Source: Gnetum montanum (lineage: Eukaryota > Plantae > Gnetophyta). Taken from it: a stretch of DNA of 64,000 nt. The DNA lies in the NCBI GenBank assembly GCA_015680685.1, contig MNCI01002485.1, positions 525,052 through 589,051 of the forward strand, read 5' to 3'. Shown in pieces: positions 53,835 to 64,000 of this stretch. How positions within the stretch are numbered: position 1 is the first letter of the stretch; every line of letters begins with the position of its first letter. Position numbers and translations under genes: made by a program. The notes below the pieces were generated by a model. It was given only the letters and a program-made list of their open reading frames with translations. It made no database searches and was not told the origin of the DNA.

Positions 53835-56800
53835 GTCAGGCACTGGGCCTGGGAACAGTGGCAGGTCGGGGAGGTTGGGGTACGCAGCTTGTCCACGGAC
53901 CTCCTATTGTTCATTCTTCCGTCCAGACAGACCAGGGACTCGGTCCTGTTGGGGGGCCCGTGGTTCTACGGAGCGAGGGGCCTAGCGTTGACCCCCTGGC
54001 GCCCTGGGGCCCATCGGGAGACTGACCTTTTCGCTAAAGCGCCGGTCTGGATACGAGTTTCCTGGCTCCCTTGGGAGCTGTGGAACCTCGAGTTCCTGCG
54101 ACAAATCACAGATTTCTTTGGGGAGTTCATTGCATTCGACTGGGTCACCCAGTCTATGGAGTGCATGGGCTTCGCCCGGTTCTACGTGTGGAGACCGCTA
54201 ACGAAGAAGGACCTCATCCGGGAGGTGATTCTGGAACTCCCCGGGGGGGAAGAGAAACTTGAAGTGATTTTCGAGAACCTNNNNNNNNNNNNNNNNNNNN
54301 NNNNNNNNNNNNNNNNNNNNNNNNNNNNNNNNNNNNNNNNNNNNNNNNNNNNNNNNNNNNNNNNNNNNNNNNNNNNNNNNNNNNNNNNNNNNNNNNNNNN
54401 NNNNNNNNNNNNNNNNNNNNNNNNNNNNNNNNNNNNNNNNNNNNNNNNNNNNNNNNNNNNNNNNNNNNNNNNNNNNNNNNNNNNNNNNNNNNNNNNNNNN
54501 NNNNNNNNNNNNNNNNNNNNNNNNNNNNNNNNNNNNNNNNNNNNNNNNNNNNNNNNNNNNNNNNNNNNNNNNNNNNNNNNNNNNNNNNNNNNNNNNNNNN
54601 NNNNNNNNNNNNNNNNNNNNNNNNNNNNNNNNNNNNNNNNNNNNNNNNNNNNNNNNNNNNNNNNNNNNNNNNNNNNNNNNNNNNNNNNNNNNNNNNNNNN
54701 NNNNNNNNNNNNNNNNNNNNNNNNNNNNNNNNNNNNNNNNNNNNNNNNNNNNNNNNNNNNNNNNNNNNNNNNNNNNNNNNNNNNNNNNNNNNNNNNNNNN
54801 NNNNNNNNNNNNNNNNNNNNNNNNNNNNNNNNNNNNNNNNNNNNNNNNNNNNNNNNNNNNNNNNNNNNNNNNNNNNNNNNNNNNNNNNNNNNNNNNNNNN
54901 NNNNNNNNNNNNNNNNNNNNNNNNNNNNNNNNNNNNNNNNNNNNNNNNNNNNNNNNNNNNNNNNNNNNNNNNNNNNNNNNNNNNNNNNNNNNNNNNNNNN
55001 NNNNNNNNNNNNNNNNNNNNNNNNNNNNNNNNNNNNNNNNNNNNNNNNNNNNNNNNNNNNNNNNNNNNNNNNNNNNNNNNNNNNNNNNNNNNNNAGCGAG
55101 AATAAAACCCGGGACAAGCAAACCCAGAGGAACATCGACTTGGGGTTACAAAAGACCCTCCGGGAGGTCTATCAACGACGCACCCCCAGTCACCCATGAA
55201 GCTGTTCAGTTGGAACTATCAGGGACAGGGTACCCCCTACAAAAGAAATACCCTGCGCAAAATAGTTAGAGATGAGAATTGTGATATAGTCTATCTCCAG
55301 GAGACAAAACTTCAGGCAACGGAGGCGCACTTCCTCCAATGGGAAGGGTGGAATACCCAAATGCACCCCTGCTCAGGCCGAGCCGGTGGCATTGCCATCC
55401 TGACACGCTACACCATGAACCTCATGGATGTATCACACTGGGCCCTCACTGTCCAGCTCCCCTCGCAAGGGGTTTGGCTGACCAACTTCTACGGGGCACA
55501 AAACTGGGAGCAACGACTCCAAGAGTTGACACAGGTGGCGCGGCTGGTTCCAGACCACAGTTCGTGGATGCTGGTCGGGGACTTCAACCAACGCCTCCAT
55601 CCATGGGAGAAAGCCGAGGGAGCTGCCCCCCCCCCCCTGGCCGGCCACCTGGAGCGACTGAATTCCAGAATTTTCTTACGACCTTCTCTTTGGTTGACCT
55701 ACCCATTGAGAACTGCCGGTTCACATGGAGTAACCGAAGAAAAGGCCCGAATCGTGTCCTAACCCGTATTGATCGGGTTTTGCGTCAGCACAGACATGCT
55801 CCTCCGTTCCTCAGTGCGGGTGTCGGGACAAGAAAGGGTGGCTTCAGATCACCGCTCGCTGACCTGTACAATCGGGCCAGACAAGCCCAGAACCCCACGC
55901 CCTTTCCGTTTCAAAGCTTCTTGGTTAGCCAAACCGTTGTTGAAGCCGCTGGTGGAGGAGATCTGGACGGACTATCAGCTTGGCCAGGAGGACCCTCGAA
56001 ACTTCCTACGGGAAGCTTTACTTCGGCTAAAATGGGCTATCAAGGGCCTGCCGGTGGCTGACGAGTTCTCCTTCCGAACGGGTCTGCGTGAGCTCCGGGA
56101 AAAGCTCAGCCAGATCCAAGCCCGGCAGGAGGCTGGGGAGGACCTCCATGCAGAGGAGCAGCGTGCGCTGCGGCAACTTCAGGCCCTGGATCAGGAGGAG
56201 GAGATCTACTGGCGGCAGCGCTCCCAGGTGCGCTGGATCAGGGAAGGAGACCGGCAAACCAGATTCTTCTTTGCCATGGCCAAGTCACGGGGGGGCAGCC
56301 TGCCAAGAAGTCTCCGCAACCAGAACAGGGAAATCGTTGATGACCCACAACGCATGGCACAGATGCTGGCACAATATTGGGGTGGGATTTGGGCCAAGCG
56401 CCCCACCAGGCCTGTCTCGATCCCTGTTCCACGAGTGTTGTGCACACAGGATAATGCTCGGTTATTGGCCCCATTCTCTTGGCAGGAACTCACGACCACA
56501 ATCCAAAGCATGCCGGGAGGGAAAGCACCTGGGCCTGACTGTTGGACCCTCAAATTTTTCAAAACATTCCTAAATATCGTGGGCCCCAATTTGCTTGATG
56601 CGCTGAAACTCATGCTGGCCAGGAGACAGATTCGTAGGGAGATAAACTGCTCACAAATTGTGTGCATCCCTAAGCAAGTTGATGCACAATGACCTGAGCA
56701 GTTTCGCCCTATCGGAGTGTGTAACGTGATCCTCCGAATCTTCTCTAAATTGTTGGTGCATAGGCTTGCACCGCTCATGCCCAAGTTGGTGGGAAAGAAC

Positions 56801-59745
56801 CAGGCAGGCTTTGTGCAAGGACGGCTCATCCAGGACCAAATCCTCCTCATGCAGGAGGTGATCCACTCGCTTGGGACTTCGGGTTTCCCTGGGCTCTACC
56901 TCAAGCTGGACATCACAAAAGCTTACGACACACTAAGTTGGGAGGCATTGCAGTCCATCATGCAACAAAAAGGATTCAACCCGCAATTCACCCGGTTGTG
57001 CATTCACCTACAATCCTCGGCGGGGTTTTCCTTTGATGTGGGGGGGCGGTTGTGGGGCCTCACATCTCCAGGAAGGGGGCTGAGGCAAGGGGACCCACTC
57101 TCCCCCCTCCTCTTCATTATTGCCATTGATCTAATGCAACATTATTGCAGTACCTCCGGGGTGGATGGGCTTAGTATAGCCGGGGTGACTTGCCAGGCGG
57201 AACATTATGCGGATGACACGATGTTGCTAAGCAGGGCGGCAGTCCCACAAGCACGATGCATAAACTTGGCGTTATCTCGTTTGGCCGCCGAGCTGGGGCT
57301 AGAAGTCAACAGAGCTAAGTCCGCGGCCTACTTCGTTAACGTGGATGAGCAGATTAAAACTAGGGTGACGCAAACCCTGGACATTCAGCCAGGGGCCACC
57401 AGCAACACATACCTGGGCATCCCCCTTTTCCGGTGGGGGAGGACCGTGGCGTGGGGTCATCTGCTAGAAAAGATTGAACGTAGGGCAAGCCATTGGGCTA
57501 ACAGATTCCTAAGCCGCAAGGGGCGCCTGCTGGTGGCCACAGGAATCCTAATGGTGACTGCACGTTTTGTGGCTGCGGTGGCCGCCCCCTGGTGCCGTCA
57601 TCAATGCCGTTAATGCCTTGGTTCGTCACTTCGTCTGGGGGGCAGACGGGGAGCAAATTGCACTTGGTCCGTTGGGAGCAAGTGGCGTGCCCACACGGCG
57701 CGGGCGGCATGGGCATCACGACGTTCGAGGACGAGTTGATGCTGGGGCGGCAACGGCTCGTTCTCCGGCTCTCACGACCACATCAAGACCCAGTCCCATG
57801 GATTAATATTATGCACAATAAATATGTCTGTTGGGAGGCGGCAGAGCGGGACTCCAAACCTTGGCAGGTAGTTGCCAGACACGCGTGCGATATGCAGGCC
57901 TCGGGGTGGGCAAACCTCGAGCCCAGAGCCATCATGGCTGAAAAGTATCCGCGCAGCAACGCCTGGCGGTGGATCTGGAGGGGGTGGCTGCCAGAAAAAG
58001 TTAAGTTCTTCCTGTGGTTAATGCAACACGACGCGCTGCCTATCAGAGCCCTGTTACGACGGCGTGGGCTGCTGGACTCGGACACGTGTCCTACATGCGG
58101 GGGAGCGGCTGAAACTACCCTCCACTTCGCTCGCGACTGCCCCCGCATGCGCGACNNNNNNNNNNNNNNNNNNNNNNNNNNNNNNNNNNNNNNNNNNNNN
58201 NNNNNNNNCTTCTTTGGGTAGCGTGGAAGGCAAGGAATAATTTCGTATTTCGACAGCAACGACGCCCCCCTCCACAGCGGCTAGTTTGGCAGGCCTTTAT
58301 CGCATGGAAAGAAATTGGTAGCGCCATGGGAACCACGCCCACGTTCGAGCCAGACTGCGCCACCTTTCAAGAGAACGAGGAGCTTTGGCAATTGGTGGTT
58401 CAATGTGGGTGGGCAGACCCGCTACAGCGACTGGTGGGGGACCCAGATTTGGCCGATGACGCTTTCTTCTCAAATTGGGTCAACGACCGTACCTTCTTCC
58501 GAGGGCGTGAGATCTGGGTCACGGAAGCAGCGATTGCCAGCTATCTGGGGGCCCCCATCGCGGGGGAGACCATCTTACCCTCCACCCGCGGCCTCCAAGA
58601 CGCGGAGCTGTTCTTTGACGAGCCTGTCCCCAGGACGAAGAGCAGACAGGTGCCTAGATCTGCCCTCCCCCGCCTTTGGGCGCGTGGCATGGACCTAGTA
58701 GAAAGGTTCTTTGTCCAGTCCGACAACGGATCCAAGCTGCAGGGCCTGCACTTCGCCTTTCTCCATTGCATCAAAAGGGGCTGCCAAGTCAACCTCCCTC
58801 GCTATTTTAAGGAAGCCCTTAACCTCAAGCGTCGGGGTCGCCATTCGGGGGTGANTAAATGGACAGAAGCCCTCACCCAGGCCCGTAGCGAGTTAGAAGC
58901 CCAGTTTCAGGCAAGGGAGCAAGAACGAGCTAGACAGCAAGACCTTTTGGCAGAAGCTGCCAGGGCGGCTCACCGATGAAATCAGAGCCCAAGTACGGGA
59001 GGAGCTAGCGCAGGAGGAAGAAACCCGGAGATAGAGACAACAGGCGGAGCAGGTGGAGCGGGCCCGGCTTCTGGAGGAGGAAGAGCAGAGGCAACGANNN
59101 NNNNNNNNNNNNNNNNNNNNNNNNNNNNNNNNNNNNNNNNNNNNNNNNNNNNNNNNNNNNNNNNNNNNNNNNNNNNNNNNNNNNNNNNNNNNNNNNNNNN
59201 NNNNNNNNNNNNNNNNNNNNNNNNNNNNNNNNNNNNNNNNNNNNNNNNNNNNNNNNNNNNNNNNNNNNNNNNNNNNNNNNNNNNNNNNNNNNNNNNNNNN
59301 NNNNNNNNNNNNNNNNNNNNNNNNNNNNNNNNNNNNNNNNNNNNNNNNNNNNNNNNNNNNNNNNNNNNNNNNNNNNNNNNNNNNNNNNNNNNNNNNNNNN
59401 NNNNNNNNNNNNNNNNNNNNNNNNNNNNNNNNNNNNNNNNNNNNNNNNNNNNNNNNNNNNNNNNNNNNNNNNNNNNNNNNNNNNNNNNNNNNNNNNNNNN
59501 NNNNNNNNNNNNNNNNNNNNNNNNNNNNNNNNNNNNNNNNNNNNNNNNNNNNGTGCTTTTTGCTTACTACTCATGGCTTTTTGCCCTTGGCCGTTCGGCC
59601 TGGGTGAGATGCTATGAGCGGTCGGGGAATCCTTCCCCCTCGGTGCGGCCACTGCTGGTGACCCCCCGGTTGTAATCTCATGGAACATATTCTTGCAATT
59701 TTCAGTAATAGAATCCCGAACACTTTCTCAAAAAAAAAAAAAAAA
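53835..59745 (+). mobile_element. L1-clade LINE copy E, young, slightly 5'-truncated, nearly intact
   Basis: ORF1 ends at 55199; ORF2 from 55196; TTTCTC-polyA at 59730-59745. Confidence 0.95.
55196..59097 (+). pseudogene. Copy E ORF2: endonuclease, RT, zf-RVT, extension domain and coiled coil; the 3' end lies in an N gap
   Basis: SWN, LQETK, GDFN, RIDR, SDH; KAPGPD, FRPI, NQAGFV.GR, KLDITKAYD, GLRQGDPLSPLLF, YADD, YLGIP; CPTC...H...C. A few frameshifts (two in C-runs) and stops. Confidence 0.92.
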
Positions 59746-62560
59746 GAAAGAGTTTCATCAACTAAAACCCAAAAAAAGAAGTGCCTACTATAAAATGATG
59801 GGATCTCAAGGAATAAAAAGCTTTTCAATTTAATGATAGACTGCTCACAAAAGGACCCTAGGATTTAAACACCAACACAAATGATATTTGAATTCAATGA
59901 AAAGTTGTATCAAGAGAATAGGAAAGGATACCCTTGGAAAATTGAAAATAAATAAGTACAGACAAAAGTAAACTTGGTGATGGAGTTAGGAAGTACAACA
60001 AAAAATGTAAGAAAAGAAGAAATGTTTCGAGTGGCAATAGAGTAGGAGAAAAGATAATACTGAAAGATACAAGATAGCAAAGAGTATAGTAAAGAAGATA
60101 GTAAATAATTTTATGGAAAGCTTGAAACTAAGGAGGGTACGAAATTAACTTACAAGCTAGCTAAAACTTAAAATAAGAAAAGAAAAAACATTGATCATAC
60201 TAAATGTATCAAGTAAGACGACCAACGAACTTTGGTTACAAACAAACAAATTTTGAAGTAATGAAGAATCTATTTTCAAATGCTACTTAACAAAGAATTT
60301 CCAACAAATGATGTTGATTGCCAAAAATTGAATGTGGAAATGACAAAATATATCTTTGACATTAAAGTAAAGAAAGCTCTAATGAAGAGGATAAATGATA
60401 GCATTAGAACCAAATGTTGTTCCTATAGAGGTTTGAAAGTCTATTGGAGATAAAGGTATCATTTGGTTGACAAATTTATTCAACAAGATCTAAGAGGAGG
60501 GATGTAGTGCCTCACATTTGTACATGCAACCTTAATACTTTATTAAATACTTGGACTTGAACTTGCTTTGAAGCCTATATATATTTGGAGATGTGCCTAA
60601 TGTTTCTAAGTTAACATGAAAACTTTTGATTTGGTGATTTAAGTAAATTTACTCTTTATTCACAATTTCTTTTAATAATTTATTATTTTCAAATAGAAAA
60701 AATACGAGAATGATCAAGTCTAACATTATTCTAGAATAATACTTTAAAATCAATAAAAATAGGATACATGGTTTATCTTGGTGTTTTGTTGGAATTTTTA
60801 ATTTATTTAATAAAATTACATCAAAAATTCAAACTTGTCGGATTGCCCTCAAATTTGGTGGATTAACTTATTTTTGCATGCAAAGCATAGATCTATGATT
60901 ACTTTTTGAATTCAAGTCATAAATTTTGAGATTTTAATGGGGGTATTAGAACCCTAAACAAGTTGAATATAAGTACACCCCAAGACATATAGCAAGTGTG
61001 ACAATTTAGAAGAATTATAAAGAACTATGATGGTACCTTAAGTGTAACTCAAACTCACAACCTAAATGTTGAAATTTTTATGTTAACTCATTCAGAAAAA
61101 ATACATTGTAGACTTATATTTTCTTTGATTCAATTAAAATATTAATTTTTACCTAGGTAGCTATGACATGTTTATATTTGTTGTAACTAGCTCAATATGT
61201 GTAAAACATTAGATATGTAAAAAGTTTAGTATCAATGTTTCTGCTACGTAAAATATAGAAATTGTGACAAATTGACAAAAAGCCAAAAATAAATTAGAAC
61301 CCCTCGAGCATAAGCCATTGGCCAATTGGTCAATTCACACTGCCTTATGCCTAAAGTTATTGGGTTCAAAGTCTGGTACTAGCACTCCATGCAAACTAAT
61401 CAAAGGCATTGTTCTAGGCATATTGTCCTATATTCCAGAAATTAGAAACCCTCTTAGCCTTATAAAGTTAGAGTGCTTTTTAAAAAAAGTTAAAAAGGAC
61501 CATAGATGAAAGGTCAATGGAAAAAAGTAAATAGGATGATGATGTGTGCTTGATGTTACTTTTTGGGCATGTTCATGTTGTCAATTATTTTTAAAATGGA
61601 ATATTGTTTACTTCACATCGATGCTCAAAAAAGACAAAGGACTCATTTGATAAAAACTTGAGACTCTCTTGGGTGTTGTCACTCTTGCATATGTCCACTC
61701 ACTCATGACCTTCATTGTAAAAGTCAAGTAGTCATCATGTCATGAATGAAAAAAGAGAATTTTGGGAAAAGGGTTGTATAAGTATAACCTATTGTGCACA
61801 AGTCTTGCGGTCTCCTTCATCCTCTAAATAATAGGGGCTTTACTCTTGTTTTGACCTTTTTGCCAAGAGGTAGAAACTATACTAATTTGAGAAGTGAAGA
61901 AGAGGAAGAGAGGAAAAGATGTGTGGTTGTTCATTGCTTATTCTTAGTCTATCCTTTGTGGGTTCAGGGGTTTGAGAGGCTAACTTTGCTCCTACCATTG
62001 AAGGCTATTTGTGGCTTATTTCAAAGACTGTTTGGGGCTGATTTCAAGGATTATCTTTCTTTGATTTTCTTGGAGGCTTCTGGCTGCACCCTTTTGCCAT
62101 TCTGACCTGATTCTTGAGACTGCTAGCTGAAAATCAACCCAGCCTGAAGTGTGTTCTTCTTCTCCAAATTAATCATATATGTTTTTGTCCTTCTAATTTG
62201 GCATATGGGTATCTCAAAAGTAACTTATTTAGTCTGGTTCAAATAATAAAAATCAATGTTACCTGAGTTTCTTAAATATATTAATAATAATGTCTACTCG
62301 ACTTTTGCAAGGTTACAAATAAATATCCTCTTCCTTTCTTATTATCCAGAACCACATTATGATGAATTTATAGAGGATTTGAAACTAATATGACTTCATG
62401 TTGTAAGACACAAAAACTCTCAGAAAATATAGAATATCATAGGATGGAGAAAAACATTATTTAATTCCTATCACCTGATTTAAATTGTGGAAGATCAGCT
62501 ACAATCATTGGTGTGAGACTCAAACAAACCCTCTTGACATGGCAAAGTCAAATAAAAAAA

Positions 62561-63265
62561 TGTGATGTTTCCCTTCTCACATTTGAAAACCCAATTCTAA
62601 ACAAAAGACACTAAGTAATCATCCAATTGCCTTGTTCATAGACCTTCAGCTCCTGATGAATATTGAGACTTTTAGTAAAAACTAAGGCCCAAGATAGCTC
62701 TTCATTGTGATGTGGACATCCAACAGGCCAAATTACAATCTCTTCAATGATGGGATCTTTCTCTAGAGTTTTGGCATGTTTGGGGATGTTTTGAGCTCAT
62801 TTTGATGAGTTTAGGAGGTTCCAAGGGTCAATGGGGACTTGTCTAGAAGTGTCCAAAGGTTGCAGACCTCAAAACAAGCATCTTAAAATTTTGGCTTTTT
62901 TGGAGAGACATCTCCTCTGACAGCAAGATGTCTCCTCCATGCTCAAGACGTCTCCTACAAGATGTCTCGTCTGATAGCAAGACATCTCCTTTGTTTTCAA
63001 GACATCTCCTTTGAGATATGGCTGTTTCGGGAAAGACATTTTCTACTTCTCCAAGATGTCTCATACAGATTCCAACGGACTTCAAATTTAATTCTAATTT
63101 GGAGGGAAGATGAAGGGATACTTGGAAGGCTATAAAAGGTATCAAGGACCTAAGTTTAGGGTAGGCTAATCAGGCTGAGCAGGCTAAAAAAAAAAGAAAA
63201 TAGGTTAGTCTCAAGGGAGGAGGCTAGAGAGCCTCGAAAGAGTGTCTTGGAAGAGAGAGTGTCCT
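62561..63265 (+). mobile_element. Probable LTR fragment with an AGAYRTCTC repeat array
   Basis: TG start, palindromic motif array at 62905-63065, TATAAAAGG near 63131; no second LTR or coding region seen. Confidence 0.35.
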
Positions 63266-63269
63266 TATG

Positions 63270-64000
63270 GCACCGGCGGGGGAATCAGATCAGCAAAGAA
63301 ACAGGGAGGCACCGGCTCGGTGGCGGGGGGCAAGCGTCACCCACAACCTGGGGCCAACAAACCCCCCTTATGGGTTCGTCAGTAGGCGCAGTTGGGGCGC
63401 TCCAGTTCATGGAGATATCCAGGGTGTTCCGGTGGTCCTCCGTGTCCATGAAATTGGCCGCCTGCTAGATAACCTGCATGGATGACTCCCGCCGGCTCCA
63501 ATCCGCTTGCGAGGCGCCTGCATCTGAATGGAAGCACGCCGAGGTTCGACGGATATGGTGTCTGAGCTCAGCCCAGGAGCTCTCACAGTTGATGCCAACA
63601 ATGAGGTACGGACACCGCCCCCCTCTTAGCCATTGTCGGGTGTTGTGCTCATGAGCTCGGTCGAGCTACCGCTGTCGCTGATCCTCCTCCTCCTGAAGCC
63701 ACTCCTGCTCCGCCTGCTCTGCCTGCTCGCACTATCTCTGGGCCGTGTCTTCTTGAATCAACTCTTCCTGCACTTGGGCCTGGATTTCGTCAATTAGGCA
63801 GACCTTGGCAGCCTCGGTCATGAGGTCCTCCTGCCTCACCCACTCCTGTTCTCGTTCAAAGAACTGGGCTTCCAGGTTGGCCTGGGCCTGCGCAAGGGCT
63901 TCATGCCATTTGGCTTCCCACTCCCTCCACTCAACCTCCCGTGCCTCGTCTGCAGCCCTCTGTGTGGCCTACTGAAGTTCTTCGTGCCAGTTCCTATGGC
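63270..64000 (-). mobile_element. L1-clade LINE copy F, 3' part (coiled coil and J-domain), continues beyond the window
   Basis: The reverse strand aligns with 47139-47690: WEAKWHEALAQAQANLEAQF...WLRGGRCPYL; J-like 63417-63614. Confidence 0.88.

Larger units (their letters stand above)
44700..60492 (+). mobile_element. RTE-clade LINE, decayed, split into 44700-45206, 47938-48236, 53807-53834 and 59746-60492 by three L1 insertions
   Basis: The pieces join into one endonuclease-to-RT path: RRVNIAYLPETK, SIYAPQ.G, LIG|DFNGH, LAIANTYF, QIDYI, GESLTTQHK, IK*WDLK, PIEV*KSIGDKGIIWLTNLFNKI. Confidence 0.88.

Noticed and set aside
45306-58792. Many overlapping and antisense ORFs in the track
   Set aside because: These are shadow frames of GC-rich LINE sequence or read-through of N runs
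58326-58979. A separate ORF3 in the LINE
   Set aside because: It is in frame with the upstream zf-RVT end in five copies, so it is better read as an ORF2 extension. Internal initiation is not excluded.
61300-61400. Second tRNA-like SINE (TGGCCAATTGG...GGTTCAAAG)
   Set aside because: Single copy with no tail or TSD seen; insufficient support
62843-63145. Repeat-containing ORF or CRISPR-like array
   Set aside because: Short irregular motifs in eukaryotic DNA with no cas genes; the ORF is a by-product of the repeats

Overview
Land-plant nuclear DNA: AT-rich, with GT-AG introns and several N gaps. The one host gene is a GH31 alpha-glucosidase of the HGL1 type on the minus strand. I mapped 19 exons between 42581 and the stop at 14072; the 5' exons are not found in the window and one internal exon is missing, probably in an assembly gap. 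Its introns and 3' flank are filled with retroelements: an Athila-like LTR element, an Ale-like copia, other gypsy fragments, an RTE LINE, RTEX-like 3' fragments and a tRNA-derived SINE family. The most notable signal is a family of L1-clade LINEs with six copies or fragments of different ages. ORF2 does not end after the RT and zinc finger. It runs in frame into a roughly 170-aa domain resembling Transposase_32/ATHILA ORF-1, then an E/Q/R-rich coiled coil, and finally a DnaJ-type J-domain. The J-domain reads YLILGIS...RQTSARCHPD...AANFMD...RNTLD with an intact HPD at 47536-47544, and decayed homologues occur in three other copies. It is not visible in the supplied ORF track. Three of these L1 copies are nested in one RTE element. 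All domain calls are from manual motif reading; no searches were run.
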